Assembly: GCF_900289195.1 (NCBI RefSeq)
Contig: NZ_OMOH01000006.1
Coordinates: 60,001-92,000 of the forward strand
Direction: 5' to 3'
From: Propionibacterium ruminifibrarum
GTDB lineage: Bacteria; Actinomycetota; Actinomycetes; Propionibacteriales; Propionibacteriaceae
Length of the DNA stretch: 32,000 nt
A program made the translations under genes and the position numbers. The number at the start of each line of letters is the position of its first letter. The stretch's first letter is position 1. Of this stretch, positions 11,877-20,403 are shown in pieces. The notes under the pieces are model-generated. The model ran no database searches. It was given only the letters and a program-made list of their open reading frames with translations, and was not told the DNA's origin.

Positions 11877-11897
11877 TGCCGCCGGGGAGCCCGGCGG
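11877..11897 (+). promoter_or_regulatory. GC stem-loop in the leader just before the ABC ATPase start
   Basis: GCCGCCGGG (11877-11885), loop GAG, CCCGGCGGC (11889-11897). It lies 15 nt before ATG 11913, where no clear Shine-Dalgarno sequence is visible. Confidence 0.25.
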
Positions 11898-11912
11898 CGA
11901 AATCCTTGAGCC

Positions 11913-12860
11913 ATGAACAACATGGCCTCCACGACAGCACCAGAACCGGCCGTCCGGATCAGCGGCCTGACCAAGTCGTTCGGCCCGCTCGTCGCGGTCG
12001 ACCGGCTCGACCTCACCGTCGCCAGGGGCGAGGTGGTCGCCTTTCTCGGCCCCAACGGTGCCGGCAAGTCCACCACCCTCGACGTCGTCCTCGGGTTCTC
12101 CCGGGCCGACGCCGGCACCGTCACCGTGCTGGGCGACGCACCGGCCCGGGCCGTCCGCGACGGGCGGGTCGGCGCCGTCCTCCAGGCCGGCGGCCTGCTG
12201 CCCGACCTCACCGTGCGCCAGACCCTCGACGTGGTCGCCTCCCTGCAGTGCAGTACCCCCGACGTCGAGGCCGTCATCGCCCAGACCCGCCTGTCGGGCC
12301 TGCTGCGCCGCAAGGTGGGCAAGTGCTCCGGCGGGGAGGTCCAGCGCATCCGTCTCGCGCTGGCCCTGCTGCCCCGCCCCGAGTTGCTCGTCCTCGACGA
12401 ACCCACCACTGGCATGGACGTCACCGCCCGCGCCGACTTCTGGGAGACCATGCGCGAGGCCACGGCGCAGGGCCGGGCCATCCTGTTCGCGACCCACTAC
12501 CTGACCGAGGCCGCCGACTTCGCCGATCGCATCGTCATCATCGACCGCGGCCGGCTCGTCGCCGACGGCTCGGTTGACGAGATCCGGGCGCTCGGCGAGG
12601 GCACCACCGTCACCGCGAGCTGGCCGGGGCTGAGCGGCGAGCCCGAGCTGCGCGAGGCGCTCGCCCCCGTGGCCGGCTCCCTGCTCACGGTGAGCGTCCA
12701 CGGCGAGCACGTGGAGCTGCGGACCACCGCCGCCGACGACGTGGCCCGGCTCCTGCTCACCGCGACCCCGGCCGTGCACCTGGGCATCAGCGCGCTGAGC
12801 CTCGACGACGTCTTCACCGAGCTCGTCGCCCAGGAGCCCGACGCCGCACCGGCCCCCTGA
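11913..12860 (+). CDS. ABC transporter ATP-binding protein (ABC-2/DrrA-type exporter ATPase)
   Basis: Walker A GPNGAGKST, signature CSGGEVQR, Walker B LLVLDEPTTGMD. The C-terminal extension is typical of DrrA-like ATPases. Confidence 0.9.
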   Translation: MNNMASTTAPEPAVRISGLTKSFGPLVAVDRLDLTVARGEVVAFLGPNGAGKSTTLDVVLGFSRADAGTVTVLGDAPARAVRDGRVGAVLQAGGLLPDLTVRQTLDVVASLQCSTPDVEAVIAQTRLSGLLRRKVGKCSGGEVQRIRLALALLPRPELLVLDEPTTGMDVTARADFWETMREATAQGRAILFATHYLTEAADFADRIVIIDRGRLVADGSVDEIRALGEGTTVTASWPGLSGEPELREALAPVAGSLLTVSVHGEHVELRTTAADDVARLLLTATPAVHLGISALSLDDVFTELVAQEPDAAPAP

Positions 12861-12954
12861 GCGGCGCTCCGCGCCGCAGACCAGTACCGCGGCCCGGCCG
12901 CCCACCACGGAGCGGCCCGGCCCGCCAGAAGAACTCACGAAGGATTCATCGACC

Positions 12955-13749
12955 ATGACGACACTCACCACGACCAGCGGGCGGCCCCGGCTGGGCACCT
13001 ACACGCGGATCGACGCGCTGACCACCCTGAAGCGGGCCGACATGATCGTCTTCACCCTGCTACTGCCGTTGGGCATGTACCTGTTCTGGGGCGCCATGCA
13101 GGACTACTCCGGCCTGGACGTCGGACGCGGCAACATCGCCGCCTCGACCATGGTCAACATGGCGGTCTTCTCCGTCGCGGTCGCGGCGACCTGCACGGCG
13201 GCCGGCGCCGCGGTGGAGCTGGCCGGCGGCTGGGGCCGCCAGATGGCCCTCACCCCGGCCGGCACCCGCGGCTACGTCCTCGTCAAGCTGCTCTGCGCCG
13301 TCATCGTCTCGGCCGCGCCCGTCACGATCATCTTCATCGCGGGGCTGTTCACCGGCGCCGAGATGGACGCCTTCTGGGTGTGGGCCGCGAGCTATCTACT
13401 CGCGCTGGCGCCGACGGCCCTGCTCTTCGGCTGCTACGGCCTGGCGGTGGGGCTGTGGTTCCCGGCGCAGGGGGCCGTCGGCATCGCGGGCACCTCGATC
13501 GCCCTGTTCGGCTTCCTCGGCAATCTGTTCATGCCGCTCGACGGCACCCTGTTCGCCCTGGGCCGCTTCACCCCCATCTACGGGGCGGGAGCCCTGGCCA
13601 CCCGGCCCATCCAGGGCGACACCGTCGCCCTGATGAGCGACGTCGTCGACGAGGCGCTGTGGGTGCCGCTCACTAACATGATCGCGTGGACCCTGCTCTT
13701 CGCCCTCGTGGGCCTGGCGGCGCGCCGCCGGACGACCCGGCGCCGGTGA
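12955..13749 (+). CDS. ABC-2 type transporter permease
   Basis: 264 aa with a six-TM hydrophobic profile, located immediately downstream of the ABC-2-type ATPase. The stop overlaps the next start (GTGA). Confidence 0.8.
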   Translation: MTTLTTTSGRPRLGTYTRIDALTTLKRADMIVFTLLLPLGMYLFWGAMQDYSGLDVGRGNIAASTMVNMAVFSVAVAATCTAAGAAVELAGGWGRQMALTPAGTRGYVLVKLLCAVIVSAAPVTIIFIAGLFTGAEMDAFWVWAASYLLALAPTALLFGCYGLAVGLWFPAQGAVGIAGTSIALFGFLGNLFMPLDGTLFALGRFTPIYGAGALATRPIQGDTVALMSDVVDEALWVPLTNMIAWTLLFALVGLAARRRTTRRR

Positions 13750-14903
13750 GCACGATGACCGGGCGTGCGGCGAGTCCGGCCGGTGGGCGGAAGGGATTCT
13801 GGCACCGGGTCAACTGGATGGCGAGCATCTGGGTGGTCTTCCTCCTCATCCCGCTCGTCATACTCGCTCGCTCCACCACGGCCTGGCCGGCCAAGGCCAG
13901 CGGGCTGGTGGGCACCTGCGGGTTCATCGTCGCCTACCTCGTCATGGTGAACTCCTCGTCCGAGACGTTCGCGTGGGAGCGGCTGCCGGCGGGGACCACG
14001 ATGGCCGAACAGCTGCGGGTACCGCTGCGCGCGAGCTGCGTCCTGCTCCCCCTCGTGGCGCTGACCGTGCCGGGCCTGGGCTGGTGGGCGTTCTACTTCC
14101 TGCCGTTCTTCACCGCGCTGCTGCTCTACACGACGCGGCTGGGCACGGGGCTGCTGGCCGTTGCCCTGCTGAACGCGGGGGCGGCGATCTGCGCGGTGCT
14201 GTTCATTCCCGACCCCGAGATGAGGTGGAACGGCGTACTGGGGCCGTGCTTCTCGGTGTTCATCATCGCGCTGTCGCGCATCGGCGTGGACGCCGAGGAG
14301 CGCCGCCAGGTCAAGGAGCGCGAGCTCGCCGCGGCGTCCGAGCGCGAGGAGATCAGCCGGGACGTCCACGACCTGCTGGGCCACTCCCTCACCGTCCTCA
14401 CCCTCAAGGCCGAGGTCGCGCAGCGTCTCGTACGCCGCGACCCCGACGCCGCCGAGCGCGAACTCGGCGAGATCGTCGGGCTGGCCCGCACGGCCCTGGC
14501 GGACGTGCGCGCCACCGTCACCCGGCTGCGCGTACCGGACCTCGCCGGCCAGCTGGAGGCCTCCCGCACGGCCTTCGCCGCCGGCGGCCTCGAGGCGGCC
14601 TTCTCGGGACGGCCCGACGCGGTGCCGGCTCCCCAGCGGGAGCTGCTCGCCTGGGCGCTGCGCGAGGCGACGACGAATGTGCTGCGCCACGCCGGGGCGC
14701 GCAGCGTGAGCGTCGAACTCGCCCCGGGACTGGTGCGGGTCACCGACGACGGCGCCGGCGCCGCGGGGCACGAGCTGGGCAACGGGCTGCGGGGGCTGTC
14801 CGAACGTGTCCGGGCCGCCGGGGGCACCCTCACGCTGACCAGCCCGGCGCCCGGGGGCGGCACGGGCACCGGCCCGGGAACCCTTCTGGAGGTGAGACTG
14901 TGA
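13746..14903 (+). CDS. sensor histidine kinase, DesK/LiaS-like (HisKA_3), intramembrane-sensing type
   Basis: The N-terminal half is all TM helices with short loops. H-box EREEISRDVHDLLGHSLTVL, and an HATPase region (TTNVLRHAGA, GNGLRGLSERV). Start at GTG 13746 overlapping the permease stop; ATG 13755 is an alternative. Confidence 0.85.
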   Translation: MSTMTGRAASPAGGRKGFWHRVNWMASIWVVFLLIPLVILARSTTAWPAKASGLVGTCGFIVAYLVMVNSSSETFAWERLPAGTTMAEQLRVPLRASCVLLPLVALTVPGLGWWAFYFLPFFTALLLYTTRLGTGLLAVALLNAGAAICAVLFIPDPEMRWNGVLGPCFSVFIIALSRIGVDAEERRQVKERELAAASEREEISRDVHDLLGHSLTVLTLKAEVAQRLVRRDPDAAERELGEIVGLARTALADVRATVTRLRVPDLAGQLEASRTAFAAGGLEAAFSGRPDAVPAPQRELLAWALREATTNVLRHAGARSVSVELAPGLVRVTDDGAGAAGHELGNGLRGLSERVRAAGGTLTLTSPAPGGGTGTGPGTLLEVRL

Positions 14904-15517
14904 ACCCCTCCCCCATCAGGGTGCTCATCGCCGACGACCAGGGGCTCGTCCGCGGGGCGCTCGCCACCCTGCTCGGGCTCGAACCCGACATCGAGGTGGT
15001 CGCCCAGGCCGGCACGGGCCAGGAGGCGATCGACGCGGTGCGCGCACAGCCGATCGACGTGGCCCTGCTCGACATCGACATGCCGGACATGGACGGGCTC
15101 GCAGCCGCCGCGGCGATCACCGCCCTGGGTCCGGGCTGCCGCAGCCTCATCGTCACGACCTTCGGGCGCCCGGGCTATCTCTCGCGGGCCCTCGAGGCTG
15201 GGGCGAGCGGCTTCCTCGTCAAGGACACCCCGCCGGCCGAACTGGCCGAGGCGATTCGAAAGATCGCCCGGGGCCTGCGCGTCATCGACCCGACGCTGGC
15301 CCAGGAGTCGGTGCTGCTGGGGCCGAACCCGCTGACCGAGCGCGAGAAGGACGTCCTGCGGCTGGCGGCCGAGGGGGCCGACGCGCAGGGCATCGCCGGG
15401 ACGCTGGCGCTCGGCGAGGGCACGGTGCGCAACTACCTGTCGAGCGCCATCGCCAAGACGCACGCCCGCAACCGCACCGAGGCGGCCCGGACGGCGGAGC
15501 GGAACGGCTGGCTGTAG
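14900..15517 (+). CDS. response regulator, NarL/LuxR family
   Basis: The last 205 codons of ORF 13973-15517 read VNPSPIRVLIADDQGLVRGAL...DVALLDIDMPDMDG (receiver domain), followed by LTEREKDVLRLAAEGADAQGIAGTLALGEGTVRNYLSSAIAK (LuxR-type HTH). The GTG start overlaps the kinase stop (GTGA). Confidence 0.9.
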   Translation: MNPSPIRVLIADDQGLVRGALATLLGLEPDIEVVAQAGTGQEAIDAVRAQPIDVALLDIDMPDMDGLAAAAAITALGPGCRSLIVTTFGRPGYLSRALEAGASGFLVKDTPPAELAEAIRKIARGLRVIDPTLAQESVLLGPNPLTEREKDVLRLAAEGADAQGIAGTLALGEGTVRNYLSSAIAKTHARNRTEAARTAERNGWL

Positions 15518-15550
15518 TGAAACGGCCTCGGGGCGCCGCTGCGGGGACGA

Positions 15551-16462
15551 TCAGCCGGCCTCGACGGGCAGCCAGGGCAGGCCGGGGCTCGTCCGGGCGT
15601 CCTCGTCGGTGACCGTCAGGTATTCGACGCCGTCGAGCAGCCCGGGCAGTCGCCCGGCGGGACGCATCATGAGGGCCGTCGCCGCGACCTCGGCCCGCAT
15701 CCCGTCGGCGCACACCGCGCTGGCCTGGCGCACCCCGGAATCCGACGGCCGCCCGGTGGCCGGGTCGACGACGTGGTGCACGACCTGCCCGTCGACCAGG
15801 CGCGGCAGCTGCTGCAGGTAGTCCCCTGAGGTGGCCAGGTCGGCGCCATCGGCCAGCTCGACGGAGCCGAGGATGGCGTCACCGGCCACGGTGTTCACCC
15901 CGACCCGCCAGGGCAGTCCGTCCGGCCTGGTGCCGGCAGCCGCGATCGACGAGGCCCCGACCGAGACGAGAGCGGATTCGACCCCCCGGTCGAGACAGAG
16001 CCCGCGGACGGCGTCGGCGACGAATCCCTTCGCGATGGCCCCCAGGTCGAGCCGTGCCCCGCCGTGCAGGCGGTAGGCGCGTTCGTCCACCTTCTCGAGC
16101 AGTTCGGGCGCGCAACGCCGCCTCGCCGCCTCGATCGCCTCCCGGCCGGGTGGGCGCACGGGCCGGCCGGACGCGAGGGCGGCCAGCCAGTCCTTGACGT
16201 TCCACATCCGGCTGAGTGCGCCGATGCAGGGCGTGAAGGCCCCGTCGCTGAGTGCGGCGAGCGTCAGGGCGGCGTCGAGCACCGCGGCCGTCGGGGCGGC
16301 GACCTCGACGACGGTCCCGCCGGAGCGGTTGAGCGCGGACACGTCCGAGTCCGGCTGGAAGCGCGACAGCAGCGACTCGTGGCGGATCAGCAGGTCGGCG
16401 GTCTCCTCGACCAGGTCACCCAGCCGCCCCGTCACGACGGTCACCTCGACGATGGTCGCCAT
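15551..16462 (-). CDS. apbE: ApbE-family FAD:protein FMN transferase (N-terminus uncertain, no signal peptide visible)
   Basis: The last 303 codons of ORF 15551-16963 carry ApbE-like motifs: AMATIVEV (in place of the usual MGT), SRFQPDSDVSALN, LDLGAIAKGF, LVSVGASSIAA, ATSGDY, HHVVDPATGRP. The only canonical start downstream of the preceding gene is ATG 16462. The conserved strand RFVLPA lies upstream of that ATG, so a CTG start at 16549 is possible. Confidence 0.78.
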   Translation of the reverse strand: MATIVEVTVVTGRLGDLVEETADLLIRHESLLSRFQPDSDVSALNRSGGTVVEVAAPTAAVLDAALTLAALSDGAFTPCIGALSRMWNVKDWLAALASGRPVRPPGREAIEAARRRCAPELLEKVDERAYRLHGGARLDLGAIAKGFVADAVRGLCLDRGVESALVSVGASSIAAAGTRPDGLPWRVGVNTVAGDAILGSVELADGADLATSGDYLQQLPRLVDGQVVHHVVDPATGRPSDSGVRQASAVCADGMRAEVAATALMMRPAGRLPGLLDGVEYLTVTDEDARTSPGLPWLPVEAG

Positions 16463-16553
16463 CGCGGGCAGGACGAAGCGCTGCGCCCCAGGTGCCGCCC
16501 TGATGCGCGCGGGCCGGCCGCCCGGTCCGGCCGGGCGGTGCGGGACCAGCGGG

Positions 16554-17096
16554 TCAGTAATCCTCGTCCTCCAGACCCAGGCCGGGCATGTTGATCGTGT
16601 CGGCACGTCCGTCGTCCTCGACCCCCTGCGCCTGGTAGACGGCGCGCAGCGAGGCCTGCAGGAACTGGCTGTGCGCCACGGTGGCGCCCGAGATCGTGTC
16701 GACCGCGGTCGGGTCCTGGACCTCGACGAGGCTCGCGGAGTACTGCTCGTAGGAGGCGACGGCGGCCTGGGCGCGCTGGTAGTACTCGGCGTTGGCGATC
16801 TCGCCCGAGCTGTCCTTGCCGTAGTTCTCGTCCTTGACGGTGCCGTCGGACTCGACCGTCTCGTACGTGGCCTCGGTGATCCGGCCGCCCTGGACGGTGA
16901 TGGTGACGGTGCCCACCGAACCCTGGTCGTCCTCGTTGGACTGGCCGGTGTAGGTGCCGTCACTCATCGGAATGCTCATGTCGACGAGTTCGTCGTCGCC
17001 GGCGCAGGCGGTCAGCATCATGGCGCCGACCGCGCCGAGCCCGGCGAAGGCCGCGAAGCGTCGGGTGAGGCTGCGGTTCCGGTTGCTCATGCTCAC
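16554..17096 (-). CDS. FMN-binding domain lipoprotein (predicted flavinylation substrate)
   Basis: Signal MSMSNRNRSLTRRFAAFAGLGAVGAMMLTAC has a twin-arginine motif (TRRF) and a lipobox (LTAC). The FMN_bind-type domain carries the flavinylation motif DTISGAT (16680-16700). Start is GTG 17096 (GTGA overlap with the ATPase stop) or ATG 17090 (GGAG plus a 5-nt spacer). Confidence 0.8.
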   Translation of the reverse strand: MSMSNRNRSLTRRFAAFAGLGAVGAMMLTACAGDDELVDMSIPMSDGTYTGQSNEDDQGSVGTVTITVQGGRITEATYETVESDGTVKDENYGKDSSGEIANAEYYQRAQAAVASYEQYSASLVEVQDPTAVDTISGATVAHSQFLQASLRAVYQAQGVEDDGRADTINMPGLGLEDEDY

Positions 17097-17842
17097 TCCC
17101 CCTGATCCGTACCGCCGGTCATGACCACGTTCGACTGGGCGGGCTCGTCACCGCCGGCACCGGCATCGTCGTGAACGGTCGTCTCGACGATCCTGCCGTG
17201 GTCGAGACGAACCTCGCGCTGGCCCTTCGATGCGACCCAGGCGTCGTGGGTGACGACGATGAGCGTGGTGCCCTCGGCGTGCAGCTGCCCGAAGATGTCG
17301 AGCACGATGCGTTCGTTCTTCTCGTCCAGGTTGCCGGTGGGTTCGTCGGCCAGGACGATCTTCGGCGAGTTGATGAGGGCGCGGGCGACGCACACGCGCT
17401 GCTGCTCGCCGCCGGACAGCTGGCTCGGCAGGTGGGTGGCCCGTTCGGCCAGGCCCACCCGGTCGAGGGCGGCGAGGGCCTCGGTCTCGTCGGGCATCGA
17501 GTGGTAGTACTGGGCGACCATGACGTTCTCGAGGGCCGTCAGGTGCGGGATGAGGTGGAACTGCTGGAAGATCAGGCCGATCGTCTCCCGGCGCACCTGG
17601 GTGAGGTCGAAGCCGGAGAACTTCGAGATGTCCCGGCCGTCGAGCATGACGGTGCCCTCGGTGGGCTGGTCCATGCACCCGATGATGTTCATCATCGTCG
17701 TCTTGCCGGAACCGGACGGGCCGACGATCGAGACCCACTCGCCGCGCCGGACGGTGAGGTCGACGTGGTCGAGGGCGTGCAGGTCGCCGTAGATCTTCGA
17801 GACGTCGGTGAGCCGCAGCAGATCGGACGTGGTGTTGGTCAT
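17093..17842 (-). CDS. ABC transporter ATP-binding protein, MacB/LolD/FtsE-type
   Basis: Walker A GPSGSGKTT, Q-loop FQQFHL, signature LSGGEQQR, Walker B LADEPTGNLD, H-loop VTHD. AGGAA lies 5 nt before the ATG. Confidence 0.92.
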   Translation of the reverse strand: MTNTTSDLLRLTDVSKIYGDLHALDHVDLTVRRGEWVSIVGPSGSGKTTMMNIIGCMDQPTEGTVMLDGRDISKFSGFDLTQVRRETIGLIFQQFHLIPHLTALENVMVAQYYHSMPDETEALAALDRVGLAERATHLPSQLSGGEQQRVCVARALINSPKIVLADEPTGNLDEKNERIVLDIFGQLHAEGTTLIVVTHDAWVASKGQREVRLDHGRIVETTVHDDAGAGGDEPAQSNVVMTGGTDQGE

Positions 17843-17850
17843 GATGGTTC

Positions 17851-19086
17851 CTATTCTCCGCGCAGCACCAGGGCTGGGTCGATGTCGACGGCTCGGCGCA
17901 CCGGGATGAGGCTCGCCAGGGTGGACACGCCGATGGCGGCCACGACCGTGCCGATGAGGATGAGCGCGTGGGCCTCGACGGTGCGGTGGAAGACGTTGAG
18001 CGAGATCACCTGCGCCAGACCGAATCCGGCGATGGCGCCGATGACGCCGCCGATCAGGCCGAGGACGACGCCCTCACCGAGGAACTCCACGATGATCGAC
18101 CGGTCGTCGGCGCCGAGGGCCTTGCGCAGGCCGATCTCGTTGCGACGCTCCGTGACGATGGCCATCATCGTCGTCGAGACACCGATCATGATGAGGGCCA
18201 GCACGATGACCGAGATGATCACCATGAGCGAGCGGAGCATGCCCAGCACGTCCGCGTCGGACTGGGCGAGGCGTGCCACCGGATCGGCGCTCACCTCGGG
18301 GTGGTCGGCGTCGATCCGGTCGGCCAGCTGCTGGAGGGCGTCGCCCTCGACCGAGATCGAGAACTCGGCGACGGTGAAGACCGGTGGCTCGCCGGTCAGC
18401 TCGGTCATGTCTTCCATGGACAGGTAGACGAAGCCGTCCTCGTTGCCGCCGGTCTCCAGGATCCCCGAGACCGTCACCGCGGTCTCGGCGCTCGTGGCCG
18501 CCTCGGCCTGGCTCACGTCCTGGTTCGAGATCTCCTTGCCGTTCTCCCCCGTCGCCCCCGTTCCCGGGGTCTGGCTCCCGCTGTCGCCCGAGTCGTCCTT
18601 GGCGAGCATCGACAGGGTGACCGAGTCGCCCACATGGGCGTCGACGGCCTGCGCGACGTCCTGGCCGATGAGCACCTGGCCGGTGCCGGCGGGCCAGTCG
18701 CCCTCCACGTACCAGTACGGGTTCAGCCGGTGGGCGGCATCGAGATCGGCGCCGGCCGCCACGTACGGCAGGTCGTTGACGAGGACCGACTCGTAGTCGA
18801 TGCCAACCGCTCCGACGAGCCCGTCGGGGCCGACCTCGTCGGCGATCTCCTCGACGACCGAGACGTCGAAACCGGTCGCATCACCGGCCGGTGTCAGCAG
18901 CATGTTGGCGCCGGCGGAACGCATCTCGCGGGCCATCTGTCGCGGCACGTCGACCGAGATCGTGGCCAGCGCCGAGAGTGTGGTGGCGCCCACCGCGACG
19001 GCCAGCATCGCGACGATGACGCGGGAGTGCCGCCGCAGGATCGACGACATGACCATGCGGATGAACAGTCTGCGCTTGGGGTTCAT
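17851..19086 (-). CDS. FtsX/MacB-type ABC permease (second of two)
   Basis: 411 aa: an N-terminal TM helix, a large extracytoplasmic domain of about 250 aa, then three C-terminal TM helices containing the FtsX-type segment ERRNEIGLRKALGA. GGAGG lies 7 nt before the ATG. Confidence 0.85.
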   Translation of the reverse strand: MNPKRRLFIRMVMSSILRRHSRVIVAMLAVAVGATTLSALATISVDVPRQMAREMRSAGANMLLTPAGDATGFDVSVVEEIADEVGPDGLVGAVGIDYESVLVNDLPYVAAGADLDAAHRLNPYWYVEGDWPAGTGQVLIGQDVAQAVDAHVGDSVTLSMLAKDDSGDSGSQTPGTGATGENGKEISNQDVSQAEAATSAETAVTVSGILETGGNEDGFVYLSMEDMTELTGEPPVFTVAEFSISVEGDALQQLADRIDADHPEVSADPVARLAQSDADVLGMLRSLMVIISVIVLALIMIGVSTTMMAIVTERRNEIGLRKALGADDRSIIVEFLGEGVVLGLIGGVIGAIAGFGLAQVISLNVFHRTVEAHALILIGTVVAAIGVSTLASLIPVRRAVDIDPALVLRGE

Positions 19087-19090
19087 CGTG

Positions 19091-20383
19091 TCACCTCCCG
19101 TGCAGCACTTCGGCCGGGCGCAGCCTCAGCAGGAATCTGACGGCCGGAATGGAGCCGGCCAGGACGACGAGCAGGACCAGGGCCGCGACGATGCCGGCGA
19201 CCGAGGGCAGGATCGATATGGCCGAGCCGAACACGAGGTGCCCGATGACCTGGGCCAGGCCGATCCCGACGCCGAACCCGAGCAGGCCCCCCACCAGGCC
19301 GATGATGAGGATCTCGGTGAGGATCAGGCCGACCACCGCCGCGTCGCGGGCCCCGATGGCCTTCATCAGACCGATCTGGGCTGCGCGCTCCATGACGTTG
19401 GCGGTGACCAGGTTGGCGATGGCGAGCGCGGCGCCGGCCATCGACAGGACCGTGACGAGCACCATGAGCAGCTGCGTCTTCTCGAGGATGGTGCCCTCCG
19501 ACTCGGAGACCTGGCGTACCGCACGGGCCGTGGAGTCGGGGATGACCTCCTCGATCTGGTAGGCGATCGAGGAGACGTAGGCGGTGCAGTACCAGGTCTC
19601 GCGCTCGGCCACCGACAGGCTGGCGGGATTCTTCGCGGCCTTCCTGGCCAGGTCGTTGTCCGGCGTGGTGAGGGCCGAGACCTCGACCTCGCCGACCGCG
19701 TCGGGTACGGCGATGAGATCCTGGGTCGCGGCGATGTTGGTGAGCACCTGGTTGTCCACGTCCTCACCCGTGGTGACGATGCCCGACACCGTCATCTGCT
19801 CGGTGACACCGTCCCGGGTGAGCGTGAAGGGGTCGCCGATCCCGAGCCCGTTGTCCTGGGCGAAGGTTACGCCCACCACGGCCTGGTCCGTGGCCTCCTG
19901 GTCGGGCCACGCGCCGTCGATCGTCCACCAGCCGCGCATGTTCACCAGGCCGGTGTCGACCGATTCACCGTCGGCCAGGTCGAGGTGCCGGTTGAACCAG
20001 GTGCCGACGACGGTCACGTCCTCGGTGGTGCCGCCCGCCGTCGACACGTCACCCTGCGCGGTGAGCAGGGGCGCGAAGTCGACGATGTTGTAGGTCCAGA
20101 AGATCGTCTTGATCCTGGGCACGTCCGCCTCGTCCAGGTAGGACTGCTGGATGTCGTCGCCGCCGTCGACGTCGTAGATGTCCTGGACGACCGCGGCCCC
20201 CTGGGGGCGGACGACGATGTTGGCCCCGTAGGCCTTCAGCTCCTGGTTGATCTTGTCGCCCACGGAGAACATGACCGAGAGCATTGAGGTGGCGACCGAG
20301 GCACCGAGGGCCACTGTCGCGATGATCATGAGACGCCGGGAACGCTGCCTGAGCAGTGCCCCGCGCAACATGCGAAGAAACAT
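19091..20383 (-). CDS. FtsX/MacB-type ABC permease (first of two)
   Basis: I place the start at ATG 20383 (MFLRMLRGALLRQRSRRLMII...), preceded by GAGGT. Same architecture as its neighbour: TM1, a large extracytoplasmic domain, then three TM helices with MERAAQIGLMKAIGA. Confidence 0.85.
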   Translation of the reverse strand: MFLRMLRGALLRQRSRRLMIIATVALGASVATSMLSVMFSVGDKINQELKAYGANIVVRPQGAAVVQDIYDVDGGDDIQQSYLDEADVPRIKTIFWTYNIVDFAPLLTAQGDVSTAGGTTEDVTVVGTWFNRHLDLADGESVDTGLVNMRGWWTIDGAWPDQEATDQAVVGVTFAQDNGLGIGDPFTLTRDGVTEQMTVSGIVTTGEDVDNQVLTNIAATQDLIAVPDAVGEVEVSALTTPDNDLARKAAKNPASLSVAERETWYCTAYVSSIAYQIEEVIPDSTARAVRQVSESEGTILEKTQLLMVLVTVLSMAGAALAIANLVTANVMERAAQIGLMKAIGARDAAVVGLILTEILIIGLVGGLLGFGVGIGLAQVIGHLVFGSAISILPSVAGIVAALVLLVVLAGSIPAVRFLLRLRPAEVLHGR

Positions 20384-20403
20384 GATGACTACCTCGTTCG
20401 GGT

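Noticed and set aside
13973-14899. N-terminal 309 codons of ORF 13973-15517, which would make a 514-aa protein
   Set aside because: This part is an out-of-frame read of the histidine-kinase gene (R/G/A/P-rich). The real response regulator begins at GTG 14900.
16463-16963. Upstream extension of the ApbE frame (ORF 15551-16963) as a longer ApbE with a 167-aa N-terminal region
   Set aside because: The extension is P/R/T/S-rich, has no hydrophobic segment, and overlaps nearly the whole FMN-binding lipoprotein gene in another frame. There is no ATG or GTG between 16462 and the 16963 Met.
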